Shown here: one piece after another, positions 51,682-61,477 of the stretch | Layout: every line of letters starts with the position of its first letter | How positions within the stretch are numbered: position 1 is the first letter of the stretch | NCBI GenBank assembly: GCA_903893485.1 | Contig: CAITMK010000003.1 | Location: forward strand, 9,922 to 73,921 | DNA: 64,000 nucleotides | Origin: Candidatus Magasanikiibacteriota bacterium | Lineage (GTDB): Bacteria > Patescibacteriota > Patescibacteriia > Magasanikbacterales > 2-02-FULL-50-9b | Direction of reading: 5' to 3' | Program-made: the position numbers and the translations under genes | Notes under the pieces: generated by a model | Databases searched by the model: none | What the model was told of the DNA's origin: nothing | The model's input: only the letters and a program-made list of their open reading frames with translations

Positions 51682-52353
51682 ATGCGAAACGAGACCGCAA
51701 TTGCCGCGGGGCTTATCTGTTGCAGTATCATAATTGGCGGCATTGCCATTATTAAGTTACAAAATTCTGATTCAGCCACGCCTCAGCAATTAACTAAATT
51801 GACCACTCCACCAATACGAATTACTGACCCTACACAAGGGCCAGAAAAGGCGCCGGTCACAATTGTGGTGTATGCTGATTTTGCATGCGATAGCTGCGGC
51901 GGGCTTGCCACCGAACTTTCGAATCTACGCCATGAATCAGAAATTGGCAATAAGTTTCGGGTGATCTGGAAAGATTTTCCGATACACCAACAAACACTTC
52001 CAAAAAGTTTTGATCTACATATTGCAGCTCGATGCGCTGCAACCATGGGTAAATTTTGGGAATTTCATGACGCGGTATTTGCCCATGCAAATCAACTTAT
52101 TTTTGGAACCGATATTTTATCCGCGGTGGAACAAGAATCTGGCGTTTCTCCATCGCGCATTGCCGATTGCATGAAGTCATCCGCAATTACGGATTTAATT
52201 AATCAAAATATGGCTGATGGGCGAGCGCTTGGCATCACCGCACTCCCCACCTATTTTATCAATGGCAACCGCAACGAAGGTGTCCTCCCTTACAATCAAC
52301 TTCGTGGTATAATTCGGAGCGAAATCGCAACATATGATGCATCGCATCCGTAA
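51682..52353 (+). CDS. DsbA family thiol:disulfide oxidoreductase
   Basis: N-terminal TM, DFACDSC, KDFP, GKFWEFHD, LPTYFING. Confidence 0.9.
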   Translation: MRNETAIAAGLICCSIIIGGIAIIKLQNSDSATPQQLTKLTTPPIRITDPTQGPEKAPVTIVVYADFACDSCGGLATELSNLRHESEIGNKFRVIWKDFPIHQQTLPKSFDLHIAARCAATMGKFWEFHDAVFAHANQLIFGTDILSAVEQESGVSPSRIADCMKSSAITDLINQNMADGRALGITALPTYFINGNRNEGVLPYNQLRGIIRSEIATYDASHP

Positions 52354-54676
52354 TTTTTTCATTGCAAGTTTTTTTGTAATCAGCACTTTTTTAGTGCCGG
52401 CTTCGGCGCACGCACTTGATAATTTTTTAGACTGCACCAACCTAACAAATAATTGCAACAACCGCAGCGGCTGCGTTCAAAATCATATTGGCACGAATCC
52501 TGATACGGGATATAGCACGGTCGTCAATAATGTTTTAACCAGTATGTGTATCCCCTACTACACATACGATCTTTGTGGTACCGATAGTTATTCGAAAGCT
52601 CATATTACGATGGGGACTGTTGATTCTGGAAATTGTCAACAAAAAGGCGAATATTGCGCACTCGTAAGTTCTACAAAATACAAGGATCATTTTGCTGCTT
52701 TTTGTGTAAATGATCAGATGATTCCAAAAGCACTAAATTCAAACAACATTTGTACAACATCAGCAAATTGTAATGTTAACCAGCAATGTGTTTTTGTATC
52801 AACGGTTAATCTCAGTACTGGCATTATTAACGGTAAGGACTCAAGTTTCTCATTCCAGAATGATTTGAACCCACTATTTACCGCTACTCGTTGCATGGAT
52901 ACCAATCTTTTGCCACCAGAACTTGTTGACCCAAAACTTGGTGGCACTTGTGGCACAAACTCAAGCTGCACTGATTCACAAATTTGTGTTCAAAATACAT
53001 TCGATCCAGAACACTATCCGCAAGTTTGTGTTGATAAAACAGCTGCCGCCATTACCACGAACTGCGACAAAGCTCACGTTGCAAGTCAATGCAACACCGG
53101 GACACAAACAAATCATGTTTGCATGCAAATTGTATCGGATCTAAAAAATCCATATCAATGTGTCGATGTAACCACGCTCCCCGGCGGCCCTACGGCACCA
53201 ACCGTAAAGGTCTGCGATACTGATGCTGATTGCAAAGGTATTGGATCTTCCGCAGATGGCACCGCAGGATATTGTTTATATAATCCCGCTACGAAAAAAA
53301 ATCAGTGCATGCCAAATTCGGTTGTGTACACCGATGCTGCGGCAACAGCCAGCTGTAAAATTCCAGGCACCAGCGGTTGTGAGGCTGGCGATCCAACTTC
53401 GATTTGCACCTATCGACCATCCGCAACATTGGCTTTCATGTGCATTAAAGGTAATTCGCTGGGAAGTGGCGCGGGCATGGCTGCATATGTTCCTCCACCA
53501 CAACTAGCTACTGCGCAAGATACTAACACCCGCCCCGCACCCGTACTCGAAATTAACATTCCTGATCTTTCGTTTACCGATAAGCTCGTTGGTCACGCCG
53601 CGCCCGGTGGACAAATTTTCGATGTGAATTATCTGGCAACATATATTAATGCCGTGTACAAATACGGTATCGGACTTTGTGTTTTAGTTGCCACGATCAT
53701 GCTCATGTATTCTGGTTTTCTATACATGACCGCTGGTGGAAATTCAAAGGCCGCAACCGAAGCAACTACTGGCGCCAAAAATGCAGTCGCAGGACTTATC
53801 ATTCTTTTTTGTGCGTACATTTTCTTATACACAATCAATCCCAACTTAACGCAGCTAAAATCAATTAGTATTTTTGCGCAACAAACGGATCCTTACGAGT
53901 TAAAGGACGATGGTGAATCCACACCAACCCTCACCGAAGGCCAAACAAATAGTATTACCACGCAAACAGGTCCCTTTACCCCAATCGATTCTAAAAGTCC
54001 GTTGATCGAACAGCTCATCGGCGCGCTACCCGATAGTATCGAGGCGTGCTCGCCTGCTGCGGCAGATTATGCCGCGACTAAATTAACTGCATTGGGCATT
54101 TGTGTCCGCGACAAAAACTGTGCAAATACCGCATCAGCGTTCATGAACTATATAAAATGCACAAAAGTTTTTGAAGGAAGTGCGCGTTATCTTCCTGCCG
54201 TGCTTAGTAAATCTGGATGGACAACAATATTGATTCAAAAAGGTCAAGAACAAAACTTACCGCTTGGTGTTCTTTGGATGAATGATGGTCACGTTGGAGT
54301 TTCGCTTGGCAATGGAAAAGGACAATTCGATTCCGGTAATGGGCAACATGCACTCAATGAAATAAATAAAATAACCGGTGGTAACTGTGCGAAATTGAAT
54401 CACAAAGTCGCCAACGTTGACGATTGTAATTCGTGCGCAAAAATCCAAGCAAAAAAACCAATCGCCGACGTGGATGTGCAATCGTGGTACAAAAATCCAA
54501 CCGTTACCCCTATTACCGAAAAATATTCATGGAAGCTCATCATGGTCCCTCCAAAATACGCTCAATCAACCGTGCCGCGTGGTCCTTGCAGCGTAGCGGG
54601 AATCAACATTAAAGATGGGGTTGAGTCCACACTCTGCAATGCGCTTACCAATACGTGGCCCCCAGCAAAATCTTAA
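52334..54676 (+). CDS. Signal peptide + Cys-rich domain + TrbC/VirB2-like pilin + putative NlpC/P60-like peptidase
   Basis: ASAHA-L cleavage site; YMTAGGN..KNAVAGLIIL..YTINPNL pilin; NCANTAS and GHVGV motifs. Confidence 0.78.
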   Translation: MMHRIRNFFIASFFVISTFLVPASAHALDNFLDCTNLTNNCNNRSGCVQNHIGTNPDTGYSTVVNNVLTSMCIPYYTYDLCGTDSYSKAHITMGTVDSGNCQQKGEYCALVSSTKYKDHFAAFCVNDQMIPKALNSNNICTTSANCNVNQQCVFVSTVNLSTGIINGKDSSFSFQNDLNPLFTATRCMDTNLLPPELVDPKLGGTCGTNSSCTDSQICVQNTFDPEHYPQVCVDKTAAAITTNCDKAHVASQCNTGTQTNHVCMQIVSDLKNPYQCVDVTTLPGGPTAPTVKVCDTDADCKGIGSSADGTAGYCLYNPATKKNQCMPNSVVYTDAAATASCKIPGTSGCEAGDPTSICTYRPSATLAFMCIKGNSLGSGAGMAAYVPPPQLATAQDTNTRPAPVLEINIPDLSFTDKLVGHAAPGGQIFDVNYLATYINAVYKYGIGLCVLVATIMLMYSGFLYMTAGGNSKAATEATTGAKNAVAGLIILFCAYIFLYTINPNLTQLKSISIFAQQTDPYELKDDGESTPTLTEGQTNSITTQTGPFTPIDSKSPLIEQLIGALPDSIEACSPAAADYAATKLTALGICVRDKNCANTASAFMNYIKCTKVFEGSARYLPAVLSKSGWTTILIQKGQEQNLPLGVLWMNDGHVGVSLGNGKGQFDSGNGQHALNEINKITGGNCAKLNHKVANVDDCNSCAKIQAKKPIADVDVQSWYKNPTVTPITEKYSWKLIMVPPKYAQSTVPRGPCSVAGINIKDGVESTLCNALTNTWPPAKS

Positions 54677-54678
54677 CT

Positions 54679-56850
54679 ATGAGATTTCGCTTTCGTCTTT
54701 ATCTCATTTCAAGTTTATTATTTTTGAGTGCCTTTGCCGCGCCATCTTCTGCGCATGCACTCGGCAATGATGTTCTTCAAAATTGCGCATCCGTAACCGG
54801 CTGTGATTCGAATTTAACCTGCGTCCAGAAAAATAATGTAAGCGGATTTAATATTCAACCGCTGGATAATATTTGCATGCCGGAGCCGGCTTACGCCAAT
54901 TGCGGTCTAAAAAATGAGGGCCTACAAATTAAAGGTAAATGCGAACTTGGGAGTTTTGAATGTGCCGTAATCAGCTCCCTCAAACGCACAAACGCGTACG
55001 TTGATTCATGTGTTTCAAAATCAAAATTGCCTCAGATGGGCGTTTTAGATCAAACCGATTGCTCTGATTCCACTGACTGTAATGTTGGAGAGCAGTGCGT
55101 TCTGGTTTCCCTGCCAAATGATACCGGGACCAATACCACGTTTGGCACCCACCGCTGTATTTCGATTTTAGATTTACCAACAAAAATTGTGGATGATGCC
55201 GGATCGTGTTTTGCAAAAAAGAAATGCGATCCCGGTCTTGTTTGTGTACGCCACATCGATGACAAGACCGTTGATAATCCGTTTGTCTGCCAAAAAAATA
55301 CCGACGTTAAGCCCGCGCCAACTTGCATCGATAAAACGACCATTGGCACAGATTGTGTTATTGATGGCACTCCAGGCACTTGCTTGGATATTTTTATTGG
55401 CACGTCAAAACCAGTTGTGCAATGTGTTCGTAAAGATACGCTTATCGGCGGCGTCAATGCGCCAAGTTCACAAGTTTGCACCAACGATAACGATTGCAGC
55501 TCCGTAACCGGATTTCCTTATTGCGTCACCAACCCAGCTACGGGGAAAAATCAATGTTTTGGCCAGGATCAAATTTATACTGCAATGACTAATCCTGCTG
55601 ATGCAAAATGTACTACCGGTTCTCCAAGCGCCTCGTGTGCATGTACCGCAAATAAAATAACTGGCTGCGCGGGTAATGCTGGCGGATCTGTCTGTTCAAC
55701 ACATTTGGGCGGCTCTGGTGGATTTATTTGTATCCATAATCAAGCGCTCAGTGCGGGTACAACAACCGTTGGATACACCCCTGCAGCCACGCCCCAAGAC
55801 AGTAATACTCGCCCCGCGCCAGTACTTGAAGTCGCAATTCCAACGGTAAATTTTTCAGATGCGCTTACCGGGACATCAACCACCGGTGGTCAAATTTTTA
55901 ATGTAGATTATTTAGCGACCTACATAAATGGTGCATATAAATATGGCATCGGTGTAGGAGTACTTTTTGCAACACTTTTGCTCATGTACGCGGGCTTTTC
56001 TTACATGACCGCTTTTGGAAATGCAAAACAAGTTAGCACCGCAACCGATAATGCAAGAAATGCAATCATGGGGCTTGCACTATTATTTTCTGCATACACG
56101 ATTCTATATATAATCGATCCAAATATAACGCAGCTCAAATCAATACAAATTTTCTCACCATCAACCGAAGTATTTGATATTGGTACTGCAAATTTTGTCG
56201 ATGAAAATTCTACACCACAATCAACTCCGCCATCAGTATCTTCGAGCCCAAGTGCATTTGATGATATTTTTAAAAAATATGCACAATGTTCCGGTATCAA
56301 CTGGGAACTTATGAAGGCAATTGCGAAACATGAATCTGGCCTCAACCCAAATATTCCAAATGGAAGCGGAAGCAGCTGTATCGGACTTTTTCAAGCGAAA
56401 GCTGGAAAAGATAATGCATTCTGCAAAGCAGTTTTAAAACCCGTACACCTCGATGTTAAATGCGATGTACCTGGCCTTACTGATCCAGATCTTAATACCG
56501 CATTTGCAACAGAAATTTTTAAAGTATCAGTTCCCGCTATAAATAAAAGGTGTCCGGATGCGACATTCGGTGATAAAGTTTTTTTGTTATATTTTGCAAA
56601 TGGTAACGGGCCAAGTGGCATGAACACTGCAATTACAGCCTACCACTGTAATCCCGTGAGCAACCCATCAACATGGCCTGATCCAGATACCCGGTGGCCT
56701 GCTGGAACAGCTCACGGACTCGGTGGCGTAAAAGTTTATCATGGTGCAACAAAAGCCTACAATTATGATATTGTTAATGTGATTTCTGCTCTAGGCGTAA
56801 CACAATTCAGCGGTCCAATGAATGCATCTGTCTGCCCAACGCACCACTAG
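54679..56850 (+). CDS. Signal peptide + Cys-rich domain + TrbC/VirB2-like pilin + lytic transglycosylase (SLT)
   Basis: SSAHA-L cleavage site; pilin paralog; LMKAIAKHESGLNP and GLFQ motifs. Confidence 0.82.
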   Translation: MRFRFRLYLISSLLFLSAFAAPSSAHALGNDVLQNCASVTGCDSNLTCVQKNNVSGFNIQPLDNICMPEPAYANCGLKNEGLQIKGKCELGSFECAVISSLKRTNAYVDSCVSKSKLPQMGVLDQTDCSDSTDCNVGEQCVLVSLPNDTGTNTTFGTHRCISILDLPTKIVDDAGSCFAKKKCDPGLVCVRHIDDKTVDNPFVCQKNTDVKPAPTCIDKTTIGTDCVIDGTPGTCLDIFIGTSKPVVQCVRKDTLIGGVNAPSSQVCTNDNDCSSVTGFPYCVTNPATGKNQCFGQDQIYTAMTNPADAKCTTGSPSASCACTANKITGCAGNAGGSVCSTHLGGSGGFICIHNQALSAGTTTVGYTPAATPQDSNTRPAPVLEVAIPTVNFSDALTGTSTTGGQIFNVDYLATYINGAYKYGIGVGVLFATLLLMYAGFSYMTAFGNAKQVSTATDNARNAIMGLALLFSAYTILYIIDPNITQLKSIQIFSPSTEVFDIGTANFVDENSTPQSTPPSVSSSPSAFDDIFKKYAQCSGINWELMKAIAKHESGLNPNIPNGSGSSCIGLFQAKAGKDNAFCKAVLKPVHLDVKCDVPGLTDPDLNTAFATEIFKVSVPAINKRCPDATFGDKVFLLYFANGNGPSGMNTAITAYHCNPVSNPSTWPDPDTRWPAGTAHGLGGVKVYHGATKAYNYDIVNVISALGVTQFSGPMNASVCPTHH

Positions 56851-56889
56851 CTTGCTGAAAATTCAAACCTGCGCTAAGGTGATACCACT

Positions 56890-58224
56890 ATGTTTGTTTG
56901 TACGGAATGCAAATCTCGCTCGCAAAAGTGGTCTGGAAAATGTTTGAATTGCAGCGCGTGGAGTAGTTTGGTCGAGGCGCCGGACGAAAAAAAGAAAAAA
57001 GGCTTGGGTGGTGGCGGCAGTGCCGCGCCACTCGTTGCGCTTCAAGATATTTCTGCGTCGGCGCCAGCCCACGCACGTTTGTCCACTAAAATTGCATCAG
57101 TCGATGAAGTTTTAGGCGGTGGCATTGTGCCCGGATCATTGGTTTTGCTTGCGGGCGAGCCAGGCATTGGTAAATCAACAATTGTCATGCAAATCGCAAT
57201 CGCGGCGCGCGGCGCACTCTATGTTTCCGGCGAAGAATCCGCGGATCAAGTTTCCCTGCGCATGAAACGCTTGGCCGGCCCAGGCGGTAAAGCTGATATC
57301 AAATTTATTGGCACCACGGATTTTGAAGAAGTCTATAACGCCATCAAAACGCATCGGCCAACGCTTGCGATTGTGGATTCGGTGCAAACCATGCGCCATC
57401 CAGATGTACCAAGCGAGCCGGGCAACGTGGCGCAAATCCGCGCGGTAGCAAATGCACTCATGGATTTGGCAAATCAAACTGGCGTGCCAATTATTTTAAT
57501 CGGCCACGTTACCAAAGACGGTTCGGTGGCGGGCCCAAAAACTTTGGAGCATTTGGTGGATGTGGTTATCGCGCTCGAAGGTGAACGATCCGATCGTTTG
57601 CGCTTTATGCGTTGTTTTAAAAATCGTTTTGGTCCAACCGATGAGGTTGCGGTTTTGGAGATGCTAGAAAATGGGTTGCAGCCCGTTGCAGATCCGTCTG
57701 GATTGTTACTGCAGGAACGTTCCCTGCCAGTTCCTGGCACCGTGGTGACGTGCCTCATGGATGGTAACCGCCCGATCTTGGTTGAAATTCAAGCGCTTAC
57801 CACGCGCACCACGTTTGGTTTTCCGCAGCGCCGCGCCGTTGGTGTGGACACGGGCCGTTTGCAGATTTTATTGGCCGTGCTTGGCCGCCGCATGGGTTTG
57901 CCGGTTGATCAGTTCGACGTGTTTGTAAATGTTGTTGGCGGATTATCTGCCGATGAGCCCGCCGCAGATTTAGCAATTTGCATGGCCATTGCATCTGCGC
58001 TTGCGGACAAAACAATTCCACAAACCGTTATTGCGTTTGGCGAAGTTGGCCTATCCGGCGAAATCCGCCGCGTGAAAAATATGGATAAGCGGCTAAAAGA
58101 AGCGGAACGCCAAGGATTTAAATTTGCGCTCGTACCAGCTGCCAAAAATTTTCCAACAACAAAAACTTTAAAACTAACGCCGATTGCTGATATTAAATCG
58201 GTCCTCGAAAAAATTGAAAAATAA
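56890..58224 (+). CDS. radA: DNA repair protein RadA/Sms
   Basis: C4 zinc finger, GEPGIGKST, KNRFG, GEVGLSGEIR. Confidence 0.96.
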   Translation: MFVCTECKSRSQKWSGKCLNCSAWSSLVEAPDEKKKKGLGGGGSAAPLVALQDISASAPAHARLSTKIASVDEVLGGGIVPGSLVLLAGEPGIGKSTIVMQIAIAARGALYVSGEESADQVSLRMKRLAGPGGKADIKFIGTTDFEEVYNAIKTHRPTLAIVDSVQTMRHPDVPSEPGNVAQIRAVANALMDLANQTGVPIILIGHVTKDGSVAGPKTLEHLVDVVIALEGERSDRLRFMRCFKNRFGPTDEVAVLEMLENGLQPVADPSGLLLQERSLPVPGTVVTCLMDGNRPILVEIQALTTRTTFGFPQRRAVGVDTGRLQILLAVLGRRMGLPVDQFDVFVNVVGGLSADEPAADLAICMAIASALADKTIPQTVIAFGEVGLSGEIRRVKNMDKRLKEAERQGFKFALVPAAKNFPTTKTLKLTPIADIKSVLEKIEK

Positions 58225-58225
58225 A

Positions 58226-58654
58226 TTATTTCAGCGTAATTAAAACTGCACCAACAACCATTATCACTGCCCCCACCCCAGTTTTCCAATTAAATGTTTC
58301 GCCTAAAAATAACGCGGCCAAGACAACCACAAAAATCAAACTCATGCGATCAATTGTTGAAACTTTAATAGCGCTACCTGTTTTGAGCGCCAAAAAATAG
58401 CAGAGCCAAGAAAGTGCGCCCGCAAGACCTGATAAAAATAAAAATAACCATTCCCGACCCGCAAAGCTTCCCCACTTTACATTACGAAATGTACCAAATG
58501 CGATTGCAGCAACCAATAAAACGCCGGACATGATAAACGAGCGTACTGTTGCAGCAAGCGTCGAACTCATTCCTTGAATTCCAATTTTTCCAAAAATCGC
58601 CACGAGCGCGGCAAATACTGCGGAACCGAAAGAAAATAGTAACCAGGTTGGCAT
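58226..58654 (-). CDS. EamA/DMT family transporter
   Basis: 5 TM, AIFGKIG, LSWLCYFLAL, LFLGE; start at MPTW. Confidence 0.85.
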   Translation of the reverse strand: MPTWLLFSFGSAVFAALVAIFGKIGIQGMSSTLAATVRSFIMSGVLLVAAIAFGTFRNVKWGSFAGREWLFLFLSGLAGALSWLCYFLALKTGSAIKVSTIDRMSLIFVVVLAALFLGETFNWKTGVGAVIMVVGAVLITLK

Positions 58655-58747
58655 ATGGCAATAGTATAGCATCCTGTTGACATTCAGGCATCGTAGTGAT
58701 ATATATCTTATACACAATTCTGTGTCATTTGCCACCGGGAGGCGGTC

Positions 58748-59131
58748 ATGCCGCAAATTCAGATTCACAATTGCCCTTACGATTGGCGGCTTAGCGACAG
58801 CGATGCGCTTCCGTCACATCGCGGCCTCAAACGCAAACTGGCAGCCGCGCTGCGCGAAGCGGTCCTCACCTCGGTGATTCCCGGAATCTCCGAGGCAAAA
58901 TCTGTCTCGGTCTCTGAGACCAGCTATGCAATGCTCGAAGATGACACCACGCTCATCATCAAGGTCGTTGACCTGTTCGACCACCCAGAGAGAACGATCG
59001 TGGTAAAAACGCGGCTTGCTGAAGCGCTCTTGAAAGCAGCGGCCGATATCATGAGGGGGTACACGATTGAAGTCATCATCGATGTGCCGCTGAACCTGCA
59101 AAACAGCACCTTCCGCAAGCTGAGCAGATAG
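58748..59131 (+). CDS. Tautomerase/MIF-superfamily-like protein, GC-rich
   Basis: N-terminal MP, duplicated beta-alpha-beta pattern, GGGAGG SD, TTGACA-N17-TATATA at 58677-58705, terminator downstream. Confidence 0.55.
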   Translation: MPQIQIHNCPYDWRLSDSDALPSHRGLKRKLAAALREAVLTSVIPGISEAKSVSVSETSYAMLEDDTTLIIKVVDLFDHPERTIVVKTRLAEALLKAAADIMRGYTIEVIIDVPLNLQNSTFRKLSR

Positions 59132-59198
59132 CGCAAAGACAAGTGCGTCAATCGCCCGAGCCACTCGCATACGCAGTGGCTCGGGGCGGTTTTTTATT

Positions 59199-61295
59199 TT
59201 ATTCCTGATGCAAAATTTCTTCGAAACGCGCGATGCGTTCACGAAGTTCTGGGCTGTGCGCCAAAATTTCTGGCTCATTAAAAACTTTTTGTGCCGCTTT
59301 TTTCGCGCGTTCCCATACCTCGGGTGGCACGGCCAATAATTCTTCGTATTCAAAAAAACCGGATTGCAAAATTCCCCACACATCGCCGGAGCCGCGCATT
59401 TCTAAATCTTTTTCGGCGAGTTCGAAACCGTCGGAGATTTGTTCCATCAGACGCATTCTCTGTTCTGCAGCGGAAATCTGTGGCGCGCCCGACTCGCTCG
59501 GCCGCGAGTACGCTACAGCGTCGCTCGCCGACCGCGCCACAGATTTTGACGAACAGAGAAAGCAATACGATTGAACATCAGAACGGCCGACTCGACCTCT
59601 AAATTGATGAAGTTGCGCCAAACCAAATCGTTCAGCGCCCTCGATCCACATAACCGTTGCACCCGGAATATCCACGCCGACTTCGATAACCGCGGTTGCA
59701 ACTAAAACATCCAAGTCGCCGGCGCGAAATGCATCCATCACGGCCGCGCGATCTTTTGGTTTCAAGCGCCCGTGTACCAAACCAACGCGCGCCTGTGGAA
59801 ATGTTTCTTTGGAAATTTTTTCAAACACTTCGGTGGCAGATGCAACACCCAAAGAATCCGACGGATCAATCAGCGGTGTGACAACAAAAACTTGCTCACC
59901 CGCGGCAATGTGCTGTGCCACGAATTGCTGCGCCTTAGCGCGCGCTCCAGGGCCCACCACGCGCGTAATAACTGGCTTGCGGCCTGGTGGCATTTGTTTA
60001 ATTGAGCTAATTGCCAATGTACCGCTGGCCAAAAGTGCCAATGAGCGCGGAATTGGCGTTGCGGTCATGGATAAAAAGTGGGGCGTGTAGCCCGCGCCAT
60101 TTTTGTCTTTAATTTTTTTGCGCTGGCCCACGCCAAAACGGTGTTGTTCGTCAACGACCACCAAACCAACTTCGTCGAATTTCACACCATCTTGAATGAG
60201 TGCGTGTGTGCCAATAATTATTGCGGGGCCCGCGGGAATCGCCGCGCGCTTCCCTGCACCCACCATCAGCATCACCGGCACGTCCGTAAATAATTTTTTA
60301 AATGTTACAAAATGCTGCTCCGCCAAAAGCTGTGTTGGTGCCATAAATAAAACTTTCGCGCCGGCCGCCAAAACTGGATGCGCGGCCATCGCAGCCACAA
60401 CGGTTTTCCCAGAACCCACATCGCCTTGGAGCAAACGGTTCATCGGATGCGTCGCCGCGATATCCTGCGTAATTGCCCAGACTGCTTTTTTCTGATCATC
60501 GGTTAGTGCGAATGGAAGCACAGCAACCACGGCTTTTAAATCGTCAACAGAAAATTCAAACGCGCGTGCCTGCGCGGCCGCGTGAAAATCTTTGATCAAA
60601 CCAGATTGCAATTCCTGGAGCAGCGCGCGCTCGAATTGAAAACGGCGTAGCGCCAAACCAAGCTCATCAAAATCCGCTGGAAAATGCGCAGCGTGAAGTG
60701 CAGCTGCATAGTTCATCGCACCATCCACCAATTCCATTGGTAACCATTCACTAATTGCCGCGCCATATTTTTCAAAAGCCGCAGCCACAAGTGTACGCAG
60801 CTGCTTATGCGACAATCCTTCGGTGAGCGAATACAACGGCACAATTCGCGCGCTGTGGAGCGCCTCGGGTTTATTTGTTTTTTCGTATTGTGGACTTACC
60901 ATTTGCAAGCCAAAGCGATCCTGCTTTACCTCGCCCGTTAAAAAAATTTCTTCGCCAACGGCCAATGTTTTCGTCAGATACCCCTGACTAAACCAAATCA
61001 CGCGCACGCTGCCTGTGGCATCGCCAACCAAACCTTCCACAAGCGTCATCCCTGCCCGCTTAGCCGCGCGGCGCGAGCGGAGCTGCTGCACACGCACACG
61101 CACGGTGGCGCTGTCACCCGCGGCCAATTCTGCCACCGGCGTAATCGCCCGATGATCTTCGTACCGAAATGGCAAATGCAAAAATAAATCCTGAACCGTT
61201 TTCACGTCCATTTTTTCCAAATATTTGGCAATCTTTTCCCCGCAGCCTGGGATCGTGGTGACGGGCTGGGTGAGTAAAACGGAGGTGTCTGACAT
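59199..61295 (-). CDS. recG: ATP-dependent DNA helicase RecG
   Basis: QGDVGSGKT, DEQHRFG, MTATPIPR, QFRGRVGR, DGFELAEKDLEMRG. Confidence 0.96.
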   Translation of the reverse strand: MSDTSVLLTQPVTTIPGCGEKIAKYLEKMDVKTVQDLFLHLPFRYEDHRAITPVAELAAGDSATVRVRVQQLRSRRAAKRAGMTLVEGLVGDATGSVRVIWFSQGYLTKTLAVGEEIFLTGEVKQDRFGLQMVSPQYEKTNKPEALHSARIVPLYSLTEGLSHKQLRTLVAAAFEKYGAAISEWLPMELVDGAMNYAAALHAAHFPADFDELGLALRRFQFERALLQELQSGLIKDFHAAAQARAFEFSVDDLKAVVAVLPFALTDDQKKAVWAITQDIAATHPMNRLLQGDVGSGKTVVAAMAAHPVLAAGAKVLFMAPTQLLAEQHFVTFKKLFTDVPVMLMVGAGKRAAIPAGPAIIIGTHALIQDGVKFDEVGLVVVDEQHRFGVGQRKKIKDKNGAGYTPHFLSMTATPIPRSLALLASGTLAISSIKQMPPGRKPVITRVVGPGARAKAQQFVAQHIAAGEQVFVVTPLIDPSDSLGVASATEVFEKISKETFPQARVGLVHGRLKPKDRAAVMDAFRAGDLDVLVATAVIEVGVDIPGATVMWIEGAERFGLAQLHQFRGRVGRSDVQSYCFLCSSKSVARSASDAVAYSRPSESGAPQISAAEQRMRLMEQISDGFELAEKDLEMRGSGDVWGILQSGFFEYEELLAVPPEVWERAKKAAQKVFNEPEILAHSPELRERIARFEEILHQE
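59474..59546. repeat. Palindromic element lying in frame within recG
   Basis: Perfect 14-bp inverted repeat AAATCTGTGGCGCG/CGCGCCACAGATTT with an internal hairpin. Confidence 0.75.
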
Positions 61296-61309
61296 GTCGC
61301 TATTGTAAC

Positions 61310-61412
61310 ATATAAATTGATTATGTCCTCGAGAGAGCGCTTCGCTACTCGCAACTAAAGTTGCGAGCTCCGCGTGCGGGTCCAGTCTCTCTCGGATATA
61401 ATCAATTTATAT
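61310..61412. repeat. Structured palindromic element C
   Basis: AT-rich terminal inverted repeat; core CGCAACTAAAGTTGCG. Confidence 0.8.
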
Positions 61413-61477
61413 TGACGTATCGGCATACGGCACTTTTTAACCCCTCCGTCACCACGGATCGGATACATTTTTGGAAA

